NCBI GenBank assembly: GCA_050011565.1
Contig: JBEKIW010000003.1
Coordinates: 32,001-96,000, forward strand
DNA from: Dehalococcoidia bacterium
GTDB taxonomy: Bacteria > Chloroflexota > Dehalococcoidia > GIF9 > UBA5629
Reading direction: 5' to 3'
DNA: 64,000 nt
The position numbers and the translations under genes are program-made. Under the pieces are notes generated by a model that was given only the letters and a program-made list of their open reading frames with translations, was not told where the DNA came from and made no database searches. The first letter of the stretch is position 1; every line of letters begins with the position of its first letter. This document shows positions 53,461-63,505 of the stretch, piece after piece.

Positions 53461-55101
53461 ATGATGAAGACAATTAATAATCTCGGATTGCTGTTTGCGT
53501 TGTTTCTGGTGCTCCTGATTCCGGCAGGCAACTCGTGTCTTACTCAACCCGTAACTCCACCGTCACCTCCCCCACCCCAACAAGAGGAGCCGTCTCCGGA
53601 TATGACACCGCCGCAAGCAGTAATCACCGTGGCTCCGGCTGAAACTATTACCTCCGGCAAAGTCACTTTTGAATGGACAGGCAGTGATGACAGGACGCCA
53701 ACCAATAAACTGACCTATTCATATTATCTGGAAGGCCGCGATAACAGTTATTCTTCATTCACAGCGGACACTACTAAGACCTATACCAATTTGCCCGATG
53801 GCACTTATATGTTTTACGTCAAAGCTCATGATGAAGCTGACAATGTCGACTCCACACCGGCATCTGTCAAATTCACCGTGGCTACTCCCAAACCGGAAGG
53901 AAAAACCGAGACCGGGACCGTAACCCCGATTGTCAGTACGTTGCTTATAGTACCGAACAGCGATGTCAGCCATATCGCGGTTGGCTATGATAACACAATT
54001 TATGCACTTGATTCTCCCCATGCCAGGCTTTACAAGTCAGACCACGGCGGCTACGGTTGGACCGACATATCGAGAGGCCTTGGCGCAGCCGCACCCTGGA
54101 CCGCACTGGCTATAGCCCCGGATGACCATAGAATAGTTGCAGTAGTGACCAATGGAACTGAAGTATTCGTGTCATCCGATGGTGGCGCCAACTTCGCTGC
54201 TACCGGATTAAACGGCAAGCTGAGCGGTAGTGAGCGTGTGCAATGCCTGGCTATCTCCCCGGGTTACGGCAGCCGGGATATTGCTGTAGGCACATCCACA
54301 GGCAGCGGCAATGGCAAGGTATGGGTAAACATAATGAATGGCTTTACGGGAGGCTGGCGGGACATGAGTTCCGGCGCCACCGGCTGGTCAAATGCCGACA
54401 TCTTCGCTATCGAGTATTCACCGGGGTTTGCCGTTGATGGCACCATACTGGCCGTCGCCGCCACCGGGCCTCCTCCGAATTCCGACGGCACTTTTCTGTA
54501 CATCGGTTTCAGAGACCTCGGCGGAAATACCACAACCTGGAATAATTCCTCAGGATATCCGGTGGAAATATCTCAATCAGGGCAGGATACGCCGGGGACG
54601 CCGCTCACCTATGCTGATATAGCCTTGCCCGCAGACTATATTGGAACCTCTCCCGCAAATCGGCATGTCTACGCTTGCTGGAGCGACAACCCGCCGGGAG
54701 TAGCCGCCTCAGGCAGTCCAAATGATGATGTGTACCGTATTGACGACACTGTATGCTACAGGCTTCTGGTTCGTACTGATGTCATCTGCAGCCTGGCACA
54801 CTACGGTATGTTCAGTAGGGGTAAGCTGCTGGCTGGGGCTGTGGCGGCATCGACTGTGTCGCTTTTCCGCGGCCCTCAGGTATACTTTACCTCTAACCCA
54901 AGCTCGCCATATCCCACCTGGCAGAACAGCCAGAAGCCGCCCACCGGTCCCGCTCAGGCCCGGGTAGCCTGGTCCGCTGACGGTATAGTTGGTTACTGTG
55001 GCACCAGCTCTCCGGCCGGCGGCAGCAATGACCAGAGCGCTTTCTCGGTAAGCATTAATAACGGCTTCACCTGGAACCAGATAGGGCTGATTGACCTTTA
55101 G
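53461..55101 (+). CDS. Secreted or lipoprotein surface protein with an Fn3-like domain and BNR/Asp-box-like repeats
   Basis: Signal peptide with Cys, Pro linker, YTNLPDGTY.F.VKA.D...N.D, KSDHGG..W, SSDGG..F, S.NNG.TW. Confidence 0.75.
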   Translation: MMKTINNLGLLFALFLVLLIPAGNSCLTQPVTPPSPPPPQQEEPSPDMTPPQAVITVAPAETITSGKVTFEWTGSDDRTPTNKLTYSYYLEGRDNSYSSFTADTTKTYTNLPDGTYMFYVKAHDEADNVDSTPASVKFTVATPKPEGKTETGTVTPIVSTLLIVPNSDVSHIAVGYDNTIYALDSPHARLYKSDHGGYGWTDISRGLGAAAPWTALAIAPDDHRIVAVVTNGTEVFVSSDGGANFAATGLNGKLSGSERVQCLAISPGYGSRDIAVGTSTGSGNGKVWVNIMNGFTGGWRDMSSGATGWSNADIFAIEYSPGFAVDGTILAVAATGPPPNSDGTFLYIGFRDLGGNTTTWNNSSGYPVEISQSGQDTPGTPLTYADIALPADYIGTSPANRHVYACWSDNPPGVAASGSPNDDVYRIDDTVCYRLLVRTDVICSLAHYGMFSRGKLLAGAVAASTVSLFRGPQVYFTSNPSSPYPTWQNSQKPPTGPAQARVAWSADGIVGYCGTSSPAGGSNDQSAFSVSINNGFTWNQIGLIDL

Positions 55102-55143
55102 TTTGACACCTTGACTCGCTATCTCCTACAATTTCCATTCGTT

Positions 55144-55839
55144 ATGATTAAAGCCGTCTTATTCGACTTTTACAACACCCTGGCCAGCTACTATCCACCC
55201 CGGGAGGATATCTACATTAGCAGTTGCCGTGAACTAGGCATCGACGTAGAAGCCAAAGCGCTATTCACCTCATTAACCGCCGCCGACATTTTTTACCGCA
55301 ATGAAAACTCCCGCTCGCCTATAGACAGCAAAAACCCAGAGGAAAAAATCAACTTCTACGTCGAATACGTAACCAGAATAATTGGCGGAGCCGGGGCAGA
55401 AATTAGCCGTGACGCCGCGCTTCAAATACTGGCTAAAATCAGAGAGTATAAATGGGAATTCAAAGTCTATGATGATGCATTACCCGTCCTAAAAACACTT
55501 AAAAAACGCGGCTTAATCCTCGGGCTTATTTCAAATGTTGCTCAGGACATGGAGGCCACGTATACTAAGCTGGGATTGCAGCCATACCTCACTTTCAAAG
55601 TAACCTCGGCTGAGGTTGGTTATGATAAGCCACGGCCGGAAATATTCCTGGCGGCGCTTGGGAAAGCTAAAGTCAAGCCCGGAGAAGCGCTATATGTCGG
55701 TGACCAATACCAGATAGACGTCGTCGGCGCCCGCGGTGTCGGCATTAAGGCATTGCTCATCGACCGCAACGATTACTTTCCGGACATCACTGACTGTCCC
55801 CGACTGCACAGACTCACCGAAATCAAGGAATACATCTGA
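55144..55839 (+). CDS. HAD-superfamily hydrolase
   Basis: FDFYNTL, KP.PEIF, VGD...D motifs. Confidence 0.88.
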   Translation: MIKAVLFDFYNTLASYYPPREDIYISSCRELGIDVEAKALFTSLTAADIFYRNENSRSPIDSKNPEEKINFYVEYVTRIIGGAGAEISRDAALQILAKIREYKWEFKVYDDALPVLKTLKKRGLILGLISNVAQDMEATYTKLGLQPYLTFKVTSAEVGYDKPRPEIFLAALGKAKVKPGEALYVGDQYQIDVVGARGVGIKALLIDRNDYFPDITDCPRLHRLTEIKEYI

Positions 55840-55904
55840 AGACGAAAACATTCTTCTCCGGGTAGATAGGAGCATCTGCTCCAATCATACCTCAGAGATT
55901 ACAG

Positions 55905-56025
55905 AAAATCCTAATTTCCAAATACCAAACTCTAAACAAATCCAAATAACAAATACCAATGACCAAAATATAATACTTCAAAAATTGGATTTTTAAATTT
56001 GGCGATTATTCGGGATTTAGGATTT
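55905..56025. repeat. 7-bp-period imperfect inverted repeat
   Basis: A/C-rich heptads (aaatcctaatttccaaataccaaactctaaacaaatccaaataacaaataccaatgaccaaa) followed by complementary T/G-rich heptads ending ttaggattt. Confidence 0.65.
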
Positions 56026-56088
56026 CCGACTGTTCTGGCGAGGCTAAAGCCTCGCTGATATAGTGGTAAACAGTTGAATAGTTGACTT

Positions 56089-56925
56089 CTATCTAAGCAC
56101 AGCGACATAGCTATTAAGTGGAACTTTGAGAGCATCGGCCACCGGCTGGCATTTTGCCCTGAGACAGTAGAAAACCTTACCTTCTACCACCAGCTCGGAT
56201 AAAGACTCGTAGTAACCCATGCCTTTGGCAAAGACAAGGTCTGCGGTATTGAACTCGCGCTTAAACTCCGCTGCCGCCTGAGAAAAATCTATACCCGGTG
56301 TTGCCGTACCGGTGGCCAATATCTCGCCCAGCGCGTCTTCAAGCCCGGCTCTTTTTATATCTTCCACGGTAATGTCGTCTTGGACCGGCGCCGACTTAAC
56401 TACATAGGCAACTGATGCCCGCCGTCTCATCCATCTGACAAGCGGTAAATCGAAAAACATCTCGCCGGCATTATCCGCCAGATATAAAATCCGTCTTGCG
56501 TGCTTGATTTTGGCTTCAAAATGCTTCGAATCGTCGATGACGAAATTCACCGGCTCTTTCATATCCTGCTGAATAATATCCAGAGACCTGAAGAAATCGA
56601 TGGTATTTCCCAGTGCGGCAAACTTGAGGCAGCTCTGAAAATTGCCAGGCTCGACTTTTATCTGCTTCGATAGCTCTCTGGCAACCGCAATCTCCTTATC
56701 TTTCATCTCCCGGTAAGGGTCAGGGTTTCCGGTTATCTTCTTCACCGCATCATGGATTTTGGTGGCAACGACAATGGACACGCAGTCCATAGAGAAATCA
56801 TCACGAAGTATTTCTAGGCTTTCGCTTAAAGCTCTGGCTTTAGCCCGTTCGTCATTTGTCGCCAGCTCTGCAGCCTGATTAGCCAGCTTTTGCAGGCATT
56901 CATAACAATTACCAGAAGCTTTCAT
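56089..56925 (-). CDS. ARMT1-like / DUF89 damage-control phosphatase
   Basis: C..C, DPY...K, GN.ID, DNAGE..FD, AKGMGYYESL, KC..VA motifs. Confidence 0.88.
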   Translation of the reverse strand: MKASGNCYECLQKLANQAAELATNDERAKARALSESLEILRDDFSMDCVSIVVATKIHDAVKKITGNPDPYREMKDKEIAVARELSKQIKVEPGNFQSCLKFAALGNTIDFFRSLDIIQQDMKEPVNFVIDDSKHFEAKIKHARRILYLADNAGEMFFDLPLVRWMRRRASVAYVVKSAPVQDDITVEDIKRAGLEDALGEILATGTATPGIDFSQAAAEFKREFNTADLVFAKGMGYYESLSELVVEGKVFYCLRAKCQPVADALKVPLNSYVAVLR

Positions 56926-56971
56926 TTCAAAAAAACGCGCTGAATAGACCGTCTTGGGTTACAGTTGCGGC

Positions 56972-57451
56972 CTATCGGTTCAACAACCATATAGACGAAT
57001 TCAGAACGACTGCAAAAGTTACCCACAGCAGATAAGGCCAGAGCAGCACACTGGAAGCTAAAGATATCCTGTAAAACTTCAGAGCTGTGAATAATATAGC
57101 CACCCACAGGACCACGATTACAATGAATCCGTACAGAGGCGACTCGAGGCCGAAAAAAACCACCGACCATAAGGCGTTTAGAACCAGCTGTATCAGAAAT
57201 ACAATTAGTGCTATTCTGACCTGTCGATTCTCCAATCCCTTACGCCACACCAGAAATGCAGCTATGCCCATCAGTATATAAAGAAGTGTCCACACCGGGG
57301 CAAAGAGCCAGTTCGGCGGACTAAAAAACGGTTTTTGCAGCGTCGCATACCAAGTCGGAATGGCGCTTCGTGTAAATACGGAGCCGATGGCGCCGGCAGC
57401 CAGGCAGGCGACAACGCTAACCACCAGCTTCGGGATATCCCTGGTATTCAT
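56972..57451 (-). CDS. tspO: TspO/MBR family protein
   Basis: WY..L.KP..SPP.W.FAPVWT.LY, LN.LWS..FF, PYL.W..FA motifs. Confidence 0.92.
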   Translation of the reverse strand: MNTRDIPKLVVSVVACLAAGAIGSVFTRSAIPTWYATLQKPFFSPPNWLFAPVWTLLYILMGIAAFLVWRKGLENRQVRIALIVFLIQLVLNALWSVVFFGLESPLYGFIVIVVLWVAILFTALKFYRISLASSVLLWPYLLWVTFAVVLNSSIWLLNR

Positions 57452-57489
57452 ATTTCGCATTGTACCAGATGGGGCAATTATTTTACTAA

Positions 57490-57549
57490 CTGAGTGGCGA
57501 GATTCTTCGCTTCGCTCAGGATAACATCGGCGAAGAGCTCAAAATAACA
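57490..57549. repeat. Family-2 element (degenerate nested part)
   Basis: gagattcttcgcttcgctcaggataaca...gcgaagagctc, similar to 27742-27792. Confidence 0.7.
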
Positions 57550-57563
57550 TGTCTCTCCAGATA

Positions 57564-57666
57564 GATTATGCTAATAATGAGTAGAAAAAAGATCTTAAAG
57601 ACCATGCCGGCAAATCTACCACCGCAGTAATTTGACGCTAAAAAAAGCTACATACAGGCGAAGTAG
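57564..57666 (+). pseudogene. Displaced 5' end of an allele of the downstream GTPase
   Basis: ttaaagaccatgccggcaaatctaccaccgcagta is identical to 58333-58367; reads [19 protein letters not shown]. Confidence 0.85.
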
Positions 57667-57709
57667 ATTCTATGAGGCAATACGTGTATGCTTGAGAACC
57701 CCATTTGTC

Positions 57710-58246
57710 TTAAATCCATACAGCAAATGGCGGCTTGTTAATAACCTTGAAATCTCTCTGTGCGGTGATAGTTTTGCATTCAACTGCAACCTCAACAAAT
57801 ACATGATACAAACCCAATCCAAGAATCTCGTCTTGCTCAAAAACCCGAACTAGCCCTTCTGCATCTTCAACTGTTGCAATTCCAAATTGGGATGGGAATA
57901 TTGATGGTGGTAAGCTTATTCTCTGGGCGGGAGCTATGCCTGCATGGGATATTAAGGATGGTACTATTTCCGCAACAGCATTGCTTCCGTCATTTCCGTT
58001 TTTAATAGAAAAACGAACTACTATGTCGTCTGCCACCATTCTGCGAATACCTACTATTTGTAACAAGCGACTTCTAATTTGTGGGTTATATAATTCGCCT
58101 TGTAATACTTTTCCGCCCTTCACTTCCCGAACACCAAAATGGATTATCAACTTCGGTTTTCCCAAAAACACTTGAAACACAGTGGGGAGAGCCATTAGTG
58201 CTACAACCAAAGCAAGGATGCTGATAATAAAGGCAGCCAGAGCCAT
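57710..58246 (-). CDS. AT-rich hypothetical protein with an N-terminal TM
   Basis: 178-aa ORF with an extended -10 (TGGTAGAAT) 6 nt upstream of the ATG. Confidence 0.7.
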   Translation of the reverse strand: MALAAFIISILALVVALMALPTVFQVFLGKPKLIIHFGVREVKGGKVLQGELYNPQIRSRLLQIVGIRRMVADDIVVRFSIKNGNDGSNAVAEIVPSLISHAGIAPAQRISLPPSIFPSQFGIATVEDAEGLVRVFEQDEILGLGLYHVFVEVAVECKTITAQRDFKVINKPPFAVWI

Positions 58247-58341
58247 GCCTTAATTCTACCACATTGGAGTTTCGCAGCTAATTTAAACCTTAATCTGTCC
58301 ATAGCGATTATGCTAGAATTAGGAAACAGGTTTTAAAGACC

Positions 58342-59319
58342 ATGCCGGCAAATCTACCACCGCAGTACTACGACGCTGAAAAACGCTATCGGACGGCCAA
58401 AACTCCCGAGGATAAAATTGAGGCGCTAGAGACCATGCTGGCTATCATGCCCAGGCACAAGGGCACCGATCATCTGTATGGCGACCTGAGACGAAGAATC
58501 GCCAAGCTCACCGAAGAGGCGGAACGAAAAGCCACCACCAGCCGGACCAGCTTCTACATCAGAAAAGAAGGCGCCGGCCAGGTAGCCCTGGTGGGGCTGC
58601 CAAATACCGGCAAATCACAACTGCTGGCCGCTGTCACCGACGCCTTCCCCGAAATAGGAGATTATCCCTTCACTACCAAGTCTCCCAATATAGGTATGAT
58701 GAAATTCGAAAACATTCAAATTCAATTGATAGACACTCCTCCGGTTACAGGCCGCGATTCCCGCGTCTGGCTGAATAACGTCGCCAGAAACGCCGACTTA
58801 ATAGCCATTATCGCAGATTTAAACAAAAATCCGGTGGAACAGGTTGAGACAACTCTTCAGGAGTTGGATAGTGTAGGCATCGTGCCGGCAGTAAATATGT
58901 CTCCAGAAAGCTTGATAGGCAAGCGACCCAGAAAAATGCTGATTGTGGGCAACAAAAGCGACTTAGACACTTCGGATGCCGGCTGGCTCCGATTAAAAAC
59001 GCGTTACGGTTCCCAGTTCCCTATGACAGCTGTATCAGCCACCAGCGGCAATAATCTGCAAGACCTCAAGATAAGCATTTTTCAAGCGCTGGAAATTATC
59101 AGAGTCCACACCAAGAGCCCGGGGCAGAAACCGGATTTGACCGACCCTATAATCCTCAAAACGGGCAGCACGGTAAAAAATGCCGCCGAAGACGTTCACA
59201 AGGATTTCAAAGCCAAACTGAAGTACGCCGTCGTGTGGGGCTCAGGAAAATTCGATGGGCAGAGGGTCAGTCAAGACCATTTGCTGAAGGATAACGACAT
59301 AATCGAGCTACATATCTAG
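58342..59319 (+). CDS. DRG/RBG1-like OBG-family GTPase with a TGS domain
   Basis: [32 protein letters not shown]...DGQRV...H.L.D.D..E motifs. Confidence 0.88.
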   Translation: MPANLPPQYYDAEKRYRTAKTPEDKIEALETMLAIMPRHKGTDHLYGDLRRRIAKLTEEAERKATTSRTSFYIRKEGAGQVALVGLPNTGKSQLLAAVTDAFPEIGDYPFTTKSPNIGMMKFENIQIQLIDTPPVTGRDSRVWLNNVARNADLIAIIADLNKNPVEQVETTLQELDSVGIVPAVNMSPESLIGKRPRKMLIVGNKSDLDTSDAGWLRLKTRYGSQFPMTAVSATSGNNLQDLKISIFQALEIIRVHTKSPGQKPDLTDPIILKTGSTVKNAAEDVHKDFKAKLKYAVVWGSGKFDGQRVSQDHLLKDNDIIELHI

Positions 59320-60255
59320 GCGATGCGCCCTCGCCCAGATACCGTACAACACCGCCGCCAGCTCCTCGATATATAAGCGATTTTCCAGCTTCAGCCGCCA
59401 TTTGTTCGGCACAGCGTCTACGCCTAAATAAGCACCGGCTATAGCCCCGGCCATCGCGGCTATGGTATCAGTATCTCCGCCAAGGCTGACAGCAAATAGA
59501 ACCACATCTTCAAACGAATCCGAATGAGACAGAAACAAATATATGGCCGTCGGCACCGAGTTGAAAGCTTCCACGCCATTGCCCAGCTCGGCAACAGCTT
59601 TAGCCTTATCCGCCTCACCCAGCAGCATGGTCGCGCTCTCTAATTTTTTCTTGTACGTCTCGTGTTGAACAAGCTCACCCAGCCTGCCTAAGAATTCCTG
59701 CGATTCAAAGGCTTTGCCTGGTTCAAGTCCTACAGCTAAAGCCACTGCATATGCCTGCAAAGCCGCACCTTCTTTACCCAACACATGGCTGTGGGTAATT
59801 TGGCTCGACCTGTAAGCCACCTCTCTCAACATGGTTAAATCGTCATGATAAAAGACAGCTAGCGGCGCAATTCGCATCGCCGACCCATTACCGTAGGAGC
59901 CGCCGTGGTATAACTTTTCAGCCGCCTTGTCCCAGGCTTCACCATCCCTTATCATGCGGAATATATTCGGCGGGCCTGGCCCATAGCCGCGCCACGGTTC
60001 AATTTCGTAATTCCGAATAAAAACGCGCGCCATGTGCTCACCGTCAAAACCCTCTTTCTGCACCAATGATTCAGCCATACCAATCATCATGTGAGTGTCA
60101 TCGGTGTAGGCTAGAATTTCCCGTCTGTCTGCCGCCCACTCAATCGCCTCAACCTCAGCCGCGGGCCGCCCCTCAAACCCGGAGCCGACGGCATCCCCCA
60201 CCGCCGTGCCAACCAGCGCCCCTAAGAATTTACCCCTCAGAACCACCTCATCCAT
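59308..60255 (-). CDS. ADP-ribosylglycohydrolase (DraG/ARH family)
   Basis: G.AVGDA.G, YTDDT, GNGSAMR, GGDTDT.AAMAG motifs. Confidence 0.92.
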   Translation of the reverse strand: MDEVVLRGKFLGALVGTAVGDAVGSGFEGRPAAEVEAIEWAADRREILAYTDDTHMMIGMAESLVQKEGFDGEHMARVFIRNYEIEPWRGYGPGPPNIFRMIRDGEAWDKAAEKLYHGGSYGNGSAMRIAPLAVFYHDDLTMLREVAYRSSQITHSHVLGKEGAALQAYAVALAVGLEPGKAFESQEFLGRLGELVQHETYKKKLESATMLLGEADKAKAVAELGNGVEAFNSVPTAIYLFLSHSDSFEDVVLFAVSLGGDTDTIAAMAGAIAGAYLGVDAVPNKWRLKLENRLYIEELAAVLYGIWARAHRLDM

Positions 60256-60320
60256 TTGACCACCGCCAAAATCAAGACTTTCGCCACGAGTTATTATATA
60301 CTAAAGGCCAATACGCCGCT

Positions 60321-61205
60321 ATGAATAGCAAAGTGCTCGAGGAAATCACTCAACTCAAGAACGACGATATACACGGCGCTAGCTGGCTATCACTGCACGC
60401 CGTCAACACGCTAATCCTGGCTATCAGCGAAAGCCAGGCTGGAACCGTCGCCGACCTTGTCCAAGAGATTAAAGAGGTAGCCGAGAAGCTGACAAGTGCC
60501 AGACCCAACATTACTCCTATAACCAACTATGCTAACCAGTTCCTGCATCAGATTATAACGAGGTCTCAAAATGAGAATAACGTGGAGGCTTTTAAAAGCT
60601 TTGCCGAAATTAAAGGAAAGGAACTCGTAAAGTCGGCGACAAAAGCCGTCTCTAAGGCTGTTGAATACGCCTGCGGAATCATCGGCGACCTCGATACGGT
60701 AATAACCTGCAGCTACAGCTCCACGGTCTGCCATGTCCTGGAGATGGCAAGGCAAAGAGAAACCAGGTTCCGAGTTATCGCTGCCGAATCTAAGGTCAAT
60801 GACAAAGCCTACGGGGAAATTACTGCCAAGCAGCTCATGAAATACGAGATTCCAGTTGAAATAGTACCCGACGCGAAAATAAATCTTCGTATATCCAAAG
60901 CCGATAAAGCTTTAGTCGGCGCTGACAGCATAACTGCCGATGGCTATCTGGTTAACGGCAAACCGACGTTACAGCTTGCCCAGGCAGCTAAAAACAAAAG
61001 GATACCCTTCTATGTGGTCTGTGAGAGTGCCAAATTCACCATCCGGGGTTACATAACAAAATCAACGGAGCTTGAGCCCAGCTTCGATAATACGCCGCTC
61101 ACTCTGGTAACCGGCATAATAACCGAAAAAGGCACTATGCAGCCAGGACTGGTCATCGCCTACATAGAGGAAAAGGCAGAGGAAATGGCACATCTCTCCG
61201 CCTAA
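60321..61205 (+). CDS. eIF-2B / R15P-isomerase-like protein
   Basis: D.IHGA, ARP, T.SYSSTV, VGADSI...G..VN, GIITE.G; start at ATG 60321. Confidence 0.82.
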   Translation: MNSKVLEEITQLKNDDIHGASWLSLHAVNTLILAISESQAGTVADLVQEIKEVAEKLTSARPNITPITNYANQFLHQIITRSQNENNVEAFKSFAEIKGKELVKSATKAVSKAVEYACGIIGDLDTVITCSYSSTVCHVLEMARQRETRFRVIAAESKVNDKAYGEITAKQLMKYEIPVEIVPDAKINLRISKADKALVGADSITADGYLVNGKPTLQLAQAAKNKRIPFYVVCESAKFTIRGYITKSTELEPSFDNTPLTLVTGIITEKGTMQPGLVIAYIEEKAEEMAHLSA

Positions 61206-61217
61206 GAAGGAGAATAA

Positions 61218-62030
61218 GTGCTCAAGGTCATTGACACACACGCTCATCTCGACGAGCTGGAAAACCTCGAGTCCGCGCTAAATAAAGCCAAAGAAGCTGG
61301 CGTTGTCGCCATTGTCGCTGTTGGCTCCAACCACCAGTCAAACCTGAAGGTGATGACAATCAGCGATAGTCATCCCGGCTTCGTCTATCCAGCTCTCGGT
61401 TTACACCCATGGGAACTGGGCAATCTGGACCCTAACGGAATCGACCTCACCCTCAAGTTTATCGAAGAAAAAATCTTACAAATCATAGCTATGGGAGAAA
61501 TAGGGCTTGACTATGATAGAAGGGTCATCAAAGTGGCCCCGAAAGAGCTGCAAAAAGAGACCTTGAAAAGCCTATTGGCTTTAGCCAGGCGGTACGCCAA
61601 GCCGATAACCGTCCACAGCCGCTACGCCTGGAAAGATACCTTTGAACTGGTTAAAGAAGCCGGCATTGAAAAAGCTGTTTTCCACTGGTTCACCGGGTTT
61701 TCAAGTGTACTTAAAAATATACTGGAAGCAGGCTATCTCATTTCAGCTACTCCAGCCGCAGAATACCATGAGGAGCATAGACGGGCTATAAGGGAAACAC
61801 CGCCGGATAAACTACTCCTGGAGACAGATTGTCCGGTTATGTACGGCAGAGAAAACAAGTATCGCTCCCAGCCTGCAGACATCACAAGAAGTCTTAAGGC
61901 GGTGGCACCGTTGAAAGGAACTGACGAGTCCACTATTGCTCGGCAGACGACACACACTGCCATAGAATTCTTTCGCTTGAGCGCCCAGGAATGTAGACTT
62001 TGCCACGACATGGTAAATGGAGTAAAATAG
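61218..62030 (+). CDS. tatD: TatD-family hydrolase
   Basis: IDTHAHL, GLHP, GEIGLDY, HSR, ETD.P motifs. Confidence 0.9.
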   Translation: MLKVIDTHAHLDELENLESALNKAKEAGVVAIVAVGSNHQSNLKVMTISDSHPGFVYPALGLHPWELGNLDPNGIDLTLKFIEEKILQIIAMGEIGLDYDRRVIKVAPKELQKETLKSLLALARRYAKPITVHSRYAWKDTFELVKEAGIEKAVFHWFTGFSSVLKNILEAGYLISATPAAEYHEEHRRAIRETPPDKLLLETDCPVMYGRENKYRSQPADITRSLKAVAPLKGTDESTIARQTTHTAIEFFRLSAQECRLCHDMVNGVK

Positions 62031-62096
62031 CTACTTAAGAATTCAAGAGAAATAAGAATTCAAGAGAAAGCTGAGAGGAGCAAACTAAACAACTCA

Positions 62097-63119
62097 GTGA
62101 AAGCTGTGGTCCTCGTTGGTGGCGAAGGCACCAGGCTACGTCCGTTAACTTATCTTACAGTCAAAGCCATGGTGCCTGTTCTGAACAAGCCGTTCATCGA
62201 ATATATCATCCGACACCTTAGCCACCACAACATCAGCGAGATTATCTTAGCCATAGGATACCAGCCCGACCGTATTACCGAATATTTTACCGATGAAAGT
62301 CAACTTGGCACAAAGCTCGTTTACAGCATCGAAACAGACCCACTGGGCACTGCAGGGGCTGTCAAGAAAGCTGAGCCATATATAGACGATACTGTCTTTG
62401 CCATGAACGGCGATATCTTCACTGACCTGAACTTTACCGATATGTTAGTTTTCCACAAAAAGAGGGGCGCCAAAGTAACCATAGCCCTGACGCCGGTAGA
62501 AGACCCCACTCGATTCGGTGTTGTAGAAACCGACAGCAATCAGCGCGTTACCCGCTTCGTAGAAAAACCGCGTCGCGAGCAAGTAACCAGCAACATGATT
62601 AATGCCGGAGTTTATGTCATCGAGACTGAGGTCCTCAAGCGTATACCAGAAGGCAAACGCTGCATGTTTGAACATGATATCTTTCCCTCACTGGTAGCTG
62701 AACGAGAACCTGTTTTCGGTTATACTACTGATGTCTACTGGATGGATATGGGTACCCCCGAAAAATATTTACAACTGAACGGCGACTTGCTTAGCGGCAA
62801 AAGCACCCAGGTTAGCTTTAAACCAACAGACATCCGTATTGACAAACAAAGCAATGTCCATCCACAGTCCAGTTTGTTCGGACCCATACTCGTTGACAAG
62901 AACTGCAATATAGGCAAAGGGGTTCAACTCAAAGGGCCGGTAGTTATTGGCCCGGGATGCAATATTCATGACGGTGCCAGCATTGAAAACTCTGTTATAT
63001 GGCAAAATGCTACCATTGGTGAGCAAGTCGTCTTAAAAGATTGTATTGTAGCCAGCAATAGCTGCATTGATAATAATGCCCATATGCAAAGCGCCATCAT
63101 CTCACAGACAAAAAATTAA
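62097..63119 (+). CDS. NDP-sugar synthase (mannose-1-phosphate guanylyltransferase-like)
   Basis: GGEGTRLRPLT...K, PLGTAGA, NGD, DMGT, hexapeptide-repeat tail. Confidence 0.88.
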   Translation: MKAVVLVGGEGTRLRPLTYLTVKAMVPVLNKPFIEYIIRHLSHHNISEIILAIGYQPDRITEYFTDESQLGTKLVYSIETDPLGTAGAVKKAEPYIDDTVFAMNGDIFTDLNFTDMLVFHKKRGAKVTIALTPVEDPTRFGVVETDSNQRVTRFVEKPRREQVTSNMINAGVYVIETEVLKRIPEGKRCMFEHDIFPSLVAEREPVFGYTTDVYWMDMGTPEKYLQLNGDLLSGKSTQVSFKPTDIRIDKQSNVHPQSSLFGPILVDKNCNIGKGVQLKGPVVIGPGCNIHDGASIENSVIWQNATIGEQVVLKDCIVASNSCIDNNAHMQSAIISQTKN

Positions 63120-63160
63120 TAATATATTTCCTAAATAACCTATTCAGGAGGCTGATATCA

Positions 63161-63505
63161 ATGTCCGAAAATATAATTAACGTAGACCACAATAGCTTTG
63201 AAAAAGCTGTTTTAAATTCACAAATGCCGGTGCTGGTTGACTTCTGGGCGCCCTGGTGCGGCCCATGCAAGGCAGTTGCTCCCATCGTCGAGGAGTTAGC
63301 CAAGGAATACAAAGGAAAAATAGAATTCGCCAAGGTGAATGTAGATGAATCTCCATTCGTAGCCTCAAAATATGGGGTTATGAGCATCCCCACCATTATG
63401 GTTTTTAAAGGTGGAAAACCTATGCAGCATGCCATCGGCTACCAGCCCAAGGCACAGCTGAAGAAACTGCTCGATAACGAACTGGCGAAACAGGCCAATC
63501 AATGA
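63161..63505 (+). CDS. trxA: Thioredoxin
   Basis: DFWAPWCGPC and SIPT motifs. Confidence 0.95.
   Translation: MSENIINVDHNSFEKAVLNSQMPVLVDFWAPWCGPCKAVAPIVEELAKEYKGKIEFAKVNVDESPFVASKYGVMSIPTIMVFKGGKPMQHAIGYQPKAQLKKLLDNELAKQANQ

Noticed and set aside
60066-60320. N-terminal 85 aa of the 379-aa ORF
   Set aside because: This part is antisense to the ADP-ribosylglycohydrolase gene; family similarity begins at ATG 60321.
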